From: Deltaproteobacteria bacterium
Lineage (GTDB): Bacteria; Myxococcota; Myxococcia; SLRQ01
DNA length: 64,000 nt
NCBI GenBank assembly: GCA_029210625.1
Contig: JARGFU010000001.1
Span: 69,806 to 133,805 of the forward strand
Direction of reading: 5' to 3'
A program made the translations under genes and the position numbers. The notes under the pieces are model-generated. The model did no database searches, was not told the DNA's origin, and saw only the letters and a program-made list of their open reading frames with translations. The first letter of the stretch is position 1. The number at the start of each line of letters is the position of its first letter. Positions 18,038-26,931 of the stretch are shown piece by piece.

Positions 18038-18647
18038 GTCGCTTCTGGTGGAGTTCCGTGGCGATCAACGCCTCAAGCACTTGCTGCACGACGTCAATTT
18101 CCTGGGTCGGGCGCCGGGCAACTCCATCCAGTTCATCGACCCGCTGGCCAGCCGCTACCATGCGGAGATCCGCAAGCAGCCGGACGGCCGCTTCGAGATC
18201 TCCGATCTGGGTAGCCGGCACGGCACCTACGTGGCCGGCGTGGCCGTCGAGAAGCACCTCCTGGCGCCGCAGGACGAGATCATCCTCGGGGCGACCCGCT
18301 TCCGCTTCGAGCAGGAGGCCCTCCTCGAAGGAGAAGGGAAGCGCTGGCACGAGCGCCTCACCTGCGTGTACCCGGTGCGCCTCCTCCTCGAGGAGCGCTC
18401 CTACGACACGCGAGCCGTCGATCTCTCGGTGGGTGGGGTCCGCATCGACCTGGACGAGCCCATCCCGGCGGGGACGGCCGTCAGGCTCTCCATCGGCTTC
18501 CCGGGCCGCACCCGCCGCTTCCGGGTCAACGGCCGGGTGACCAGCAACCCCTCCTCCCAGCGCGGCCTCGGCGTCGCCTTCGTCTTCGATACTCCGGGTC
18601 AGGAGACCGTGGTGGCCAGCGAGGTCGCGCGCCTGCTCAAGAAGTGA
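18036..18647 (+). CDS. FHA-PilZ fusion protein
   Basis: FHA: FLGRAPGNSIQFIDPLASRYHAEIRKQPDGRFEISDLGSRHGTYVAG. PilZ: RWHER (RxxxR) and DLSVGGVRI (DxSxGG). ATG at 18036 (MSLLVEF) is preferred to the track start 17997. Confidence 0.7.
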   Translation: MSLLVEFRGDQRLKHLLHDVNFLGRAPGNSIQFIDPLASRYHAEIRKQPDGRFEISDLGSRHGTYVAGVAVEKHLLAPQDEIILGATRFRFEQEALLEGEGKRWHERLTCVYPVRLLLEERSYDTRAVDLSVGGVRIDLDEPIPAGTAVRLSIGFPGRTRRFRVNGRVTSNPSSQRGLGVAFVFDTPGQETVVASEVARLLKK

Positions 18648-18651
18648 CCCC

Positions 18652-20622
18652 GTGAACGAACCTGCTCAGCGACGGAGCATCGCGACCCTCGTGGCGATCG
18701 ACCAACCGGTGGCCCGCCGCTTCCCGCTCGGCGAGTGCGCCACCATCGGGCGCGACGCCGAGTGCGAGGTCCAGGTGATCGATCCGATGGTCTCCAGGCG
18801 CCACGCCGAGATCCTCCAGCGAGACGACGGGCACTACGAGCTCGTCCACGTCGGGCAGAGCCACGGCACCTTCGTCGGCCAGGAGGCGGTCGACCGGCAC
18901 CTCCTGCGGGACGGGGACGAGATCATCGTGGGGGCCGCGAGGTTCCGCTTCGAGGAGCTGGCGCTCAACGAGGTGGGAGTCGCGGCCCTAGACCTCGAGG
19001 CCGCCCGCAAGAACACGGCGGTGAGCTTCCGGATCGACCTCGATCCGGCGAAGGCCTTCCCTCCCCAGGAGGACGTGGCGGACGAGCGGACCATCCGGCG
19101 CGACTACGAGAAGCTGCGCGTGGCACACGAGCTCTCCCGCTTCCTGGGCTCGGCGCCCCGCCTCGACCAGCTGATCGAGCGCACGCTCCTCACCGCCTTC
19201 GAGCTGCTGGCAGCCGAGCGAGGCGTGGTCCTCCTCTCCGACCCGGAGACCGGCCGCCTCGATCCCGCGCTGGCCTACAGCCGAACCGAGGCCGACGCGC
19301 CCATGGTGCTCTCGGCCACCGTCGTGCAGGAGGTCCTGCACTCCGGCAACGGGATCGTCTCGGCCGACGCCGCCAGCGATGATCGCTTCGATGGCTCGCA
19401 GAGCATCGAGCGCGAGGGCATCCACTCGATCATCTGTGTGCCGATGCGCCACGCCCAGGGCCTCGTCGGGATCATCTACCTGGACTCCAAGACCAGCACC
19501 TACCTCTTCGACGCGGGGGACCTCGACCTGCTCGGGGCGGTCGCCTCCCAGGCCGCGACCACGATCCAGAACGTCCTCCTCTCCGAGCAGCTGCGCGAGG
19601 AGAGCGAGCGGGTCGAGCAGCTGGTCCGCGATCTCCCCGACGCCGTGATCCTGCTCGACGCGGAGGGACGGATCGCCTTCCTCAACCCACAGGCGGTGCA
19701 CCTCCTGGCCTGCTGGACCGGAGCCGAGGTGGGGGATCCCCTGGAGACGATCGGGGACCTGCCGATCAACGAGGCCGTCAACCAGGCCGCCCACAGCCCC
19801 CTCGAGCTCGCGATGCAGGCCGGCGACAACCGCATCCTGCGGATCACGGCGAACAACACGGCCGAGTCGGGGGAGACGGTGCTGGTGATCCGCGACGTGA
19901 CCTACGAGCGGGAGCGAGAGCGGGTGCTGGCGGACCACGAGCGCATGCGGGTCCTGGGCGAGTTCGCCTGGGGGATCGCCCACGACTTCCGCAACATCAT
20001 CCAGATCGTCGATGCGCAGGCCGATCTCATCCAGGGCTCGGCGAACAGCGAGGACATCGGCCGCCGCGCCGAGTCCATCGGGCGGGCTGCGGGGCGCGCC
20101 ATGGAGCTGACGCGCAGGCTGGTGCTGCTCGGTCGAGGCGGGGTGCCGGAGAAGGTGACGGTGAACCTGAACGAGGTCGCCGGCAGGGTGCTCGAGTTCA
20201 TCGAGTCCCAGCTGCCCGGCAACATCAAGGTGAAGACGGCCTTCGCCGAGGATCTCGAGCCGATCCAGGCCGATCCGACCCAGCTCGAGCAGGTCATCGT
20301 GAACCTCTCGATGAACGCGAAGGACGCCATGGCCGGCGGCGGGGTCCTGCGGGTGGAGACGGCCAACGAGGAGCGCGACGGCGCGCAGCGCGTCGTCATC
20401 CGCCTCGCCGACACCGGCACCGGCATGCCCGAGGACGTCGTGAAGCGAGCCTTCGAGCCCTTCTTCACCACCAAACCCGAGGGCGAGGGGAGCGGCCTCG
20501 GACTGGCCCTCGTGCGGCGGATGGTCGAGGAGGAGCTCGGCGGCACCATCGAGCTCGCCTCCACCCTCGGCGAAGGGACGACCTTCACGCTCTCCTTCCC
20601 CCCCTCCGGGGCGACGGTCTAG
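18652..20622 (+). CDS. Cytoplasmic sensor histidine kinase with N-terminal FHA and GAF domains
   Basis: GTG start. FHA (ATIGRDAECEVQVIDPMVSRRHAEILQRDDGHYELVHVGQSHGTFVG). GAF-like segment (VVLLSD...HSIICVPMRHAQGLVGIIYLDS). HisKA H-box FAWGIAHDFRN. HATPase_c N/G boxes (NLSMNAKDAM, DTGTGMP, GSGLGLALV). No TM segment. Confidence 0.85.
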   Translation: MNEPAQRRSIATLVAIDQPVARRFPLGECATIGRDAECEVQVIDPMVSRRHAEILQRDDGHYELVHVGQSHGTFVGQEAVDRHLLRDGDEIIVGAARFRFEELALNEVGVAALDLEAARKNTAVSFRIDLDPAKAFPPQEDVADERTIRRDYEKLRVAHELSRFLGSAPRLDQLIERTLLTAFELLAAERGVVLLSDPETGRLDPALAYSRTEADAPMVLSATVVQEVLHSGNGIVSADAASDDRFDGSQSIEREGIHSIICVPMRHAQGLVGIIYLDSKTSTYLFDAGDLDLLGAVASQAATTIQNVLLSEQLREESERVEQLVRDLPDAVILLDAEGRIAFLNPQAVHLLACWTGAEVGDPLETIGDLPINEAVNQAAHSPLELAMQAGDNRILRITANNTAESGETVLVIRDVTYERERERVLADHERMRVLGEFAWGIAHDFRNIIQIVDAQADLIQGSANSEDIGRRAESIGRAAGRAMELTRRLVLLGRGGVPEKVTVNLNEVAGRVLEFIESQLPGNIKVKTAFAEDLEPIQADPTQLEQVIVNLSMNAKDAMAGGGVLRVETANEERDGAQRVVIRLADTGTGMPEDVVKRAFEPFFTTKPEGEGSGLGLALVRRMVEEELGGTIELASTLGEGTTFTLSFPPSGATV

Positions 20623-20776
20623 CCCTCCGGCTGCCTCGCCACTTCTCTGGCAACCCCTGGAGATTCAGGGCACAATCCCTCTTTCGAGGTCGAGTTCCCG
20701 CCACGGTGGGGGAAGATCCGCCCGGAGCGCCGGGCGGGCGGCCCGGGGTCCCGTTGTGATATCCAGGCAGGAGAAG

Positions 20777-22207
20777 ATGGTTCAGCCCTTTGGACAGGAC
20801 GACCCGCCTCGCGAGGAGGAGCGCGAGCAGGCGACCCTCCCCGTCGGGACGGTGCTCGGCTCGTACCGGATCGAGCGGATCCTGGGCATCGGGGGCATGG
20901 GCACGGTCTACCTGGCGATCCACCAGCGCCTCGGGCGCAAGGTCGCCCTGAAGACCCTCCACCCGGAGTTCGCGACGAACCCCACCGCAGTGCGGCGCCT
21001 CTTCGCGGAAGCCCGGGCGGTCAACCAGATCCAGCACGAGAACATCGTCGAGATCACCGACTTCGTCGAGACCGGCCAGCTCAAGTACTACATCATGGAG
21101 CTCCTGGACGGCCGGGACCTCGCCGAGATCCAGCTCGAGGAGACGCACCTCTCCATCGCCCGGGCGATCCGGATCGGCGTGCAGATCGCCGACACCCTCG
21201 AGGCGGTCCACGCCGGGGGCATCGTGCACCGGGACCTGAAGCCCGCGAACGTCTTCCTGATCGAGCGCTCGGGCCGCCCCGACTTCGTGAAGCTCCTCGA
21301 CTTCGGCGTTGCCAAGCTGATGGATCAGCCCAAGGGCGACGCCATGTCCCGGACCGCGGCGGGCGCCATCGTGGGCACCCCCGACTACATGTCGCCGGAG
21401 CAAGCGGCCGGCAAGCCGGTGGACCACCGTACCGACATCTACTCCCTGGGCGTGATCCTCTACGAGATGGTCGGAGGGCAGAAGCCCTTCAAGGCCAACA
21501 GCCTGGGTGAGCTGGTGGTGAAGCACCTCACCATCACCCCGACCCGGCCGAGCAAGCTCAAGGACCTGCCCCACGAGATCCCCGCCGAGCTCGAGCGGAT
21601 CATCCTCTCCTGCCTCGAGAAGGATGCCTCCCGCCGGCCCCAGAGCATCGGCGCCGTGGCGGCCCAGCTCCGCGAGCTGGGCATGGGGATGACGGACTGG
21701 GCCCTCCTCACGGGTGAGCACACCGCCCTGGCACCGGGCCGGCCTCGCCGCTCGCCCCTGCCCGCGATCGCCGGGGTCGTGGGGCTGGCCGCCGTCGCCG
21801 GCCTCACCGCTGTCTTCTGGCCCCGGGAGGAGCCCGGACCGGTCAACCCGCCGCCGATCGTCTTCGAGGCGCCCGTGAAGACCGAGGTGACCCTCTCGAT
21901 CGACTCGGTGCCCACGGGGGCGATGGTCTTCCTCGCCGGGCAGACCGAGCCCATCGGCCTCACCCCGCTCTCGGAGGTCTTCCCGCTGAGCGAGGAGCAG
22001 CAGCAGTTCGAGTTGAGGCTCGAGGGCTACGAGACCGAGACCTTCACCCTGCCCCTGGACGCCGACGCCCGGGTGAGCCGTGCGCTGAAGGAGATACCGG
22101 TGGTGGAGGAGCCCCCCAAGCCGGTGCCCAGGAAGAAGAGCCCGAAGGTCGTCAAGAAGCAGGGCCCCACGCACAAGCGGGGCGTCATCGACCCCTTCGC
22201 GAACTGA
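20777..22207 (+). CDS. Membrane Ser/Thr protein kinase with PEGA-like C-terminal domain
   Basis: ATG at 20777 has an AGGAGA Shine-Dalgarno 6 nt upstream. Motifs ILGIGGMGTVYLA, VALKTL, HRDLKPANVFL, DFGVAK, SPEQ. TM helix (AIAGVVGLAAVAGLTAVFW). PEGA-like segment (TLSIDSVPTGAMVFLAGQTEPIGLTPL...ELRLEGYETETFTLPL). Confidence 0.85.
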   Translation: MVQPFGQDDPPREEEREQATLPVGTVLGSYRIERILGIGGMGTVYLAIHQRLGRKVALKTLHPEFATNPTAVRRLFAEARAVNQIQHENIVEITDFVETGQLKYYIMELLDGRDLAEIQLEETHLSIARAIRIGVQIADTLEAVHAGGIVHRDLKPANVFLIERSGRPDFVKLLDFGVAKLMDQPKGDAMSRTAAGAIVGTPDYMSPEQAAGKPVDHRTDIYSLGVILYEMVGGQKPFKANSLGELVVKHLTITPTRPSKLKDLPHEIPAELERIILSCLEKDASRRPQSIGAVAAQLRELGMGMTDWALLTGEHTALAPGRPRRSPLPAIAGVVGLAAVAGLTAVFWPREEPGPVNPPPIVFEAPVKTEVTLSIDSVPTGAMVFLAGQTEPIGLTPLSEVFPLSEEQQQFELRLEGYETETFTLPLDADARVSRALKEIPVVEEPPKPVPRKKSPKVVKKQGPTHKRGVIDPFAN

Positions 22208-22231
22208 CCGGCCCGAGAACCGGGGGATCTC

Positions 22232-22975
22232 ATGACTCGCAGCACGCTCTGGACGCCACTCGTCCTCGCCCTCCTCCTTGCGCTGACCGGCCCCGGCCTG
22301 GCCGAGGCCCAGCGCGGCAAGACGGAGCGCCAGACCCGGGCCGAGGCCAAGACCCTCTTCCAGGACGGGCAGAAGCACTACACCCTCGGCGAGTTCGACC
22401 AGGCCCTCGAGAAGTTCACCGCCGCCTACGACAAGCTCCCCCTCGCCGCCTTCCTCTTCAACATCGCCCAGTGTCACAAGGAGATGAGGAACTACGAGCG
22501 GGCGGTCTTCTTCTTCGAGGGCTACATCCGGGAGGCCCCGGACGCCCCCAACAAGGACGTGGTGCTGGAGCTCATCGGGGAGAGCCGCACCGCGCTGGAG
22601 CGGAAGCAGGAGGAGGAGCGCCTCGCCAGGCTCGAGGCGGAGCGCCTCGAGGCCGAGAAGGCCGCCCACGAGGCCGAGCTGGCCGCGGCCCGGGCCGAGA
22701 ACGAGAAGATCCGAAAGGAGGCCTCCGAGCGGCGGGCCAAGGAGATGGCCGAGCTGCGCCGCATCGCCGAGGAGATGAAGACCCTCAAGGAGAGCGCGGC
22801 CTTCAATCCGCCACCTCCCGTCGAGGAGCCCAAGACGCCGGTCACCCGGAAGTGGTGGTTCTGGACCGCCCTCGGCGCCGTGGCCCTGGCCGCCGCCGGC
22901 GGGGGCACCGCCCTCGCCCTGCGCCCGACGGAGCTCCCCGGCGGGTCCCTTGGAACCATCGACCATCGTGAGTAG
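22232..22975 (+). CDS. Secreted TPR-like / coiled-coil protein with C-terminal TM helix
   Basis: Signal peptide (LVLALLLALTGPGLAEA). TPR-like helices (YTLGEFDQALEKFTAAYDK...FNIAQCHKEMRNYERAVFFFEGYI). E/R/K-rich coiled coil. C-terminal hydrophobic helix WWFWTALGAVALAAAGGGTALAL. Confidence 0.6.
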   Translation: MTRSTLWTPLVLALLLALTGPGLAEAQRGKTERQTRAEAKTLFQDGQKHYTLGEFDQALEKFTAAYDKLPLAAFLFNIAQCHKEMRNYERAVFFFEGYIREAPDAPNKDVVLELIGESRTALERKQEEERLARLEAERLEAEKAAHEAELAAARAENEKIRKEASERRAKEMAELRRIAEEMKTLKESAAFNPPPPVEEPKTPVTRKWWFWTALGAVALAAAGGGTALALRPTELPGGSLGTIDHRE

Positions 22976-22985
22976 CATCGAGAAG

Positions 22986-25031
22986 ATGTGGGGGGATTCC
23001 TTGACGACGAGCCGGCTCGTTCGCGGCGCCCTGATGCTCTGCCTGGTGGCGCTGGGCGTGGGCTGTCCTCCCAAGGTCGAGAAGGGCCTCACCGGCCTCG
23101 AGGTGACCGTGGTCTACGCCTCGGGCCTGGGCCTGGATCAGATCCTGCTGAGCGGGACCACCGAGGGCTCGGCCAGCTTCGGGCCCGACACCCTCCCGGA
23201 GCAGGCCCGCACCCTGGCCGCGACCCAGGAGTCGGTCGTGATCCTGCTGCCCGAGGCCTGGGGTGGCCTCAACTTCACCCTGGTGGCCGAGGGCCTCGTG
23301 CAGGGTCAGGCCGTGGCCCAGGGGACCTCCACCGTCACCACCCGCGCCCGGGAGGTGGTGAAGGTCACCGTGGCGCTCAACGCGGCGAACTGCGGCGACG
23401 GGACCTGCGACGCCACGAGCGAGTCGACCACGACCTGCCCGGCCGACTGCGGCACCAGCTGCGGCGACGGAGTCTGCAACGGCGACGAGTCCACCAGCCG
23501 CTGCTCCGACGACTGCGGCAGCGAGTGCGGCGACGGCGCCTGCAACGGCCCCGAGACCGCCTGCTCCTGCGCGGCCGACTGCGGCAACACCATCTGCGGC
23601 GACGGTTGTTGCGCCGGCCTCGAGAACACCTGCAACTGCCCGGGCGACTGCGGCTCCCTCTGCGGCGACACCTGCTGTAACGGGACCGAGACCTCGGCCG
23701 CCTGCGGCGCCGACTGCGGCGTCGTCTGCGGCGACGGCACCTGCGATCCCTCCGAGACCGCGGCCGGCTGCCCGGCAGACTGCGCCGGCTGCGGGGACGG
23801 CACCTGCGATGCCGGCTCCGAGGATCCGGCCACCTGCCCGGTCGACTGCCCCGACCAGTGCCCGGACGGGCTCTGCACCGGCAACGAGACCACGGCCACC
23901 TGCCCGGCGGATTGCGCCGGCTGCGGGGACAGCGCCTGCGTCGCCCCGGAGAACGCCTCGACCTGCCCGTCGGACTGCCCGGACCAGTGCCCGGACGGCT
24001 TCTGCACCGGCACCGAGACCGAGGCGACCTGCCCCGCCGATTGCGCGGGCTGCGGCGACGGCAGCTGCGATCCGCCGGAGACCCCCCAGACCTGCTCGGC
24101 CGACTGTCCCGACGTCTGCCCCGACGGGCTGTGCACCGGCGCCGAGACTCCCCTGACCTGCCCGGCCGACTGCCCGGACACCTGCGGCGACGGCCTCTGC
24201 ACCGGCGCCGAGACCGAATGCGGCTGCCCGGCGGACTGCGCGGACGACTGCGGCGACGGCTGCTGCACCGGCGCCGAGAACGCCTCCACCTGCCCCCAGG
24301 ACTGCCCGGACGTCTGCGGTGACACCTTCTGCACCGGCGCCGAGTCGGGCTGCGGCTGCCCCACCGACTGCGGCGCCTCCACCTGCGGGGACGGCACCTG
24401 CTGCGTCGCCGGGGGGGAGAGCTCGGCCACCTGCCCCGGAGACTGCGGGTCGGTCTGCGGAGACGGGTTCTGCACGACCGGCGAGGACGACGTCCTCTGC
24501 GCCGCCGACTGCGCCACCTGTGGCCCCTCCTGTATCGACGGGGCCTGCGTCACTTCCTGCGCGGCGGGCGCCTGTGCGCCGGGCTGCACGAACGACTGCC
24601 GGTGCAATCTCCAGTGCAGTGTGGCCGATCCCTGCGACGCCACCTGCGCCGGCACCGCCGTCTGCACCAGCCGCTGCGCGAAGAACCCGTCCACCGCGGT
24701 CTGCGGCATCACCTGCACGGACGCCTCCACCTGCTCGCACTCCTGCGGCCTGGCCACCGGCAACTGCTACCTGACCTGCGAGGACACGGCCACCTGCGAC
24801 CTCGACTGCTCGGGCCTCTCGGGCGGCTGCAACCCGGTCTGCCGGGATAACTCCACCTGCACCGTGACCTGCAACAACGTCACCGTCGACTGCACCCAGG
24901 CCTCCTGTGAGGGCAACGCCTACTGCGTCATCGACTGCCCGGTCTCGGGCGGCTGCAGCTTCGCCCGGTGCGACGGCGGCGAGATCACCTGTCCCAACGG
25001 CGACGTCGCCTGCGGCGGCCCCTGCCCCTAG
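22986..25031 (+). CDS. Cysteine-rich repeat lipoprotein (Myxococcus cysteine-rich repeat family)
   Basis: ATG at 22986 with lipoprotein-like signal (ALMLCLVALGVGC). About 20 tandem modules of the form CGDGxCxxxExxxxCPxDC (e.g. CGDGTCDATSESTTTCPADC, CGDGVCNGDESTSRCSDDC), mirrored by near-repeats at the DNA level from ~23390 to ~24500. Confidence 0.75.
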   Translation: MWGDSLTTSRLVRGALMLCLVALGVGCPPKVEKGLTGLEVTVVYASGLGLDQILLSGTTEGSASFGPDTLPEQARTLAATQESVVILLPEAWGGLNFTLVAEGLVQGQAVAQGTSTVTTRAREVVKVTVALNAANCGDGTCDATSESTTTCPADCGTSCGDGVCNGDESTSRCSDDCGSECGDGACNGPETACSCAADCGNTICGDGCCAGLENTCNCPGDCGSLCGDTCCNGTETSAACGADCGVVCGDGTCDPSETAAGCPADCAGCGDGTCDAGSEDPATCPVDCPDQCPDGLCTGNETTATCPADCAGCGDSACVAPENASTCPSDCPDQCPDGFCTGTETEATCPADCAGCGDGSCDPPETPQTCSADCPDVCPDGLCTGAETPLTCPADCPDTCGDGLCTGAETECGCPADCADDCGDGCCTGAENASTCPQDCPDVCGDTFCTGAESGCGCPTDCGASTCGDGTCCVAGGESSATCPGDCGSVCGDGFCTTGEDDVLCAADCATCGPSCIDGACVTSCAAGACAPGCTNDCRCNLQCSVADPCDATCAGTAVCTSRCAKNPSTAVCGITCTDASTCSHSCGLATGNCYLTCEDTATCDLDCSGLSGGCNPVCRDNSTCTVTCNNVTVDCTQASCEGNAYCVIDCPVSGGCSFARCDGGEITCPNGDVACGGPCP

Positions 25032-25080
25032 GACGCCCCCCCTCCGTGGCGGGTTCGACGGGGAGGGCTAGATCAGAGAG

Positions 25081-25644
25081 ATGGCCCCCTCTCCCCGCGT
25101 CCGCGTCTACCTCGCCTGCTCCCTCGACGGCTTCATCGCCGGCCCCGACCACGACATCGAGTGGCTCCACCGGGACCACTCCGCCGCCGGGGATCTCCCC
25201 CATCAGGTGGGCAGCCTCGGCTTCGAGTCCTTCCTGCGCGAGGTCGGCGCGATGCTCATGGGACGAGGCACCTACGACGTGGTCGAGGGCCTCGGCCAGT
25301 GGCCCTACGGTGACCTACCGGTCCTCGTCGCCACCCGCCGCCCCCTCGAGCCCGTCGCGCCGACGGTGCAGACCGCCGAGGGTGAGATCGGTGAGCTGAT
25401 CGCCCGGGCGAAGGAGGCGGCCGCCGGGAAGGACGTCTACCTCGACGGCGGGAACCTCGTCCGGCAGGCCCTCGCGGCCGGGCTCGTCGACGAGCTGACC
25501 CTCACCTTCATCCCCCTCCTCCTGGGGGAGGGCTTGCGCCTCTTCGACGCCCTCGTCGAGCGCAACCGGCTGCAGTTCACCTCCCACGCCTCGATGGAGG
25601 GCGGCCTCCTGCAGGTGAGCGCCCGGCTCCTGAACCCGGTCTGA
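25081..25644 (+). CDS. Dihydrofolate reductase-family protein (RibD C-terminal domain type)
   Basis: VYLACSLDGFIAGPDHDIEWL ... MGRGTY ... DVYLDGGNLVRQALAAGLVDELTLTFIPLLLGEG is typical of the YwjB/RibD_C family. Confidence 0.75.
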   Translation: MAPSPRVRVYLACSLDGFIAGPDHDIEWLHRDHSAAGDLPHQVGSLGFESFLREVGAMLMGRGTYDVVEGLGQWPYGDLPVLVATRRPLEPVAPTVQTAEGEIGELIARAKEAAAGKDVYLDGGNLVRQALAAGLVDELTLTFIPLLLGEGLRLFDALVERNRLQFTSHASMEGGLLQVSARLLNPV

Positions 25645-25713
25645 TCCTCCCGCGCCGACCCGGTTCTCCGAACTCCCGGGGAGATGTATGCAGCGGTCAG
25701 CAAAGGGGGAGTC

Positions 25714-26931
25714 ATGAAGACCTGGTTGGCTCCACTGGGGTTGTGTCTCTTCTTGGTTCTCGGGACGGGTGCGGCCTGTCGCGGCGGCGGCGGCGGTGGT
25801 GACCCCGACGCCGGCGTCGAGGACGGCGGTGGCAGCGACGGCGGCACCGTCGAGGGCTGGCGGTGGAAGGCCTGCCCCCTCCACACCGACGACATCTGGG
25901 GCAAGCAGGCCGAGTGCGCGATGATCCCGGTGCCGCTGGACTGGGCCGACCCCGAGGGACCCTCGATCGAGATCTTCGTCAAGCGGCTGAAGACCGAGGG
26001 CACGAGCAGGGGCCAGCTCTGGCTCCTCCAGGGCGGACCCGGCGGCTCGGGCGCGGTCTACGAGGTCTTCCAGGAGCAGTTCGCGCAGATCGACGGCAAC
26101 TGGGACACCTACGCCATCGACCACCGGGGCGTGGGCAAGTCGGCCCGCCTCGGCTGCCCCCAGGAGGCCGCCACCGCGAACAAGCCCTTCGGCCTCGCGC
26201 CCGAGGACTTCGAGGCCTGCCTCGCCTCTCTCCAGGCCGAGTGGGGCGAGGACCTCGCCCACTTCAACATCACCAACGCCGCGAAGGACCTCGAGCACCT
26301 CATCGCCGAGACCCGCGCCCCGGGCGAGCAGGTCTTCCTCTACGGCGCCTCCTACGGGACGACCTGGGCCCACCGCTACCTGCAGCTCGATCCGGAGCCG
26401 ATCGACGGGGTGATCCTCGACTCCCTGGCGATCAACATCTTCTTCACCGACTTCGACGCCTACTTCAACCAGGTCGGCGAGGACTTCCTCGCCCTCTGCA
26501 CCGCCGACACCGACTGCAACACCAAGGTCGGCGGCGACGCCTGGGGGGCCGTGGGCCTGGCCCTCGACGCCATCGAGGCCGGGAGCTGCTCCGAGCTGGG
26601 CCTCGATCGCAAGCACGCCCGCTGGTTCTTCGCCGAGCTGCTGATGAACGTCGCCACCCGCGACCTCATCCCGGCGATCGCCCACCGCATCCAGCGCTGC
26701 GAGGCCGGCGACGTCGCGGCCATCGAGCAGCTGCGCGGGGTGCTGGCCGGCTTCATGCCCGACTACCTGCGCGAGCTCGACTCCCGCTCGCTGGGCCTGA
26801 ACATCATCGCCTCCGAGTTCTGGCCCCTCTACCCCACCGACGCCCACCACCTGCAGTGGGCCGCGACCGACCTGCCGGTCCTCATCCTCCAGGGTGACCT
26901 GGATCCCCAGACCCCCCACTGGGTGGCCTAG
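25714..26931 (+). CDS. S33-family (TAP/proline-iminopeptidase-like) alpha/beta hydrolase lipoprotein, N-terminal ~400 aa (reading frame broken at 3' end)
   Basis: ATG at 25714 preceded by AAGGGGGA. Lipoprotein signal LVLGTGAAC. Nucleophile elbow GASYGT. LILQGDLDPQTP acid-residue strand. The ORF stops before any catalytic His. Confidence 0.6.
   Translation: MKTWLAPLGLCLFLVLGTGAACRGGGGGGDPDAGVEDGGGSDGGTVEGWRWKACPLHTDDIWGKQAECAMIPVPLDWADPEGPSIEIFVKRLKTEGTSRGQLWLLQGGPGGSGAVYEVFQEQFAQIDGNWDTYAIDHRGVGKSARLGCPQEAATANKPFGLAPEDFEACLASLQAEWGEDLAHFNITNAAKDLEHLIAETRAPGEQVFLYGASYGTTWAHRYLQLDPEPIDGVILDSLAINIFFTDFDAYFNQVGEDFLALCTADTDCNTKVGGDAWGAVGLALDAIEAGSCSELGLDRKHARWFFAELLMNVATRDLIPAIAHRIQRCEAGDVAAIEQLRGVLAGFMPDYLRELDSRSLGLNIIASEFWPLYPTDAHHLQWAATDLPVLILQGDLDPQTPHWVA

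Noticed and set aside
22232-22975. C-terminus of the TPR protein as a second MYXO-CTERM signal
   Set aside because: It has a hydrophobic helix (WWFWTALGAVALAAAGGGTALAL) but lacks the preceding Cys and the trailing Arg cluster. It is more likely a plain TM anchor.
23390-24500. Possible CRISPR-like array because of regular DNA repeats
   Set aside because: The repeats are in-frame and encode the Cys-rich protein modules. There are no unique spacers of constant length, no leader and no cas genes.
25036-25075. Possible rho-independent terminator after the Cys-rich repeat gene (CCCTCC...GGAGGG stem)
   Set aside because: The stem is short and imperfect with a long 16-nt loop and no following T-run. 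Not supportable as a terminator in this GC-rich context.
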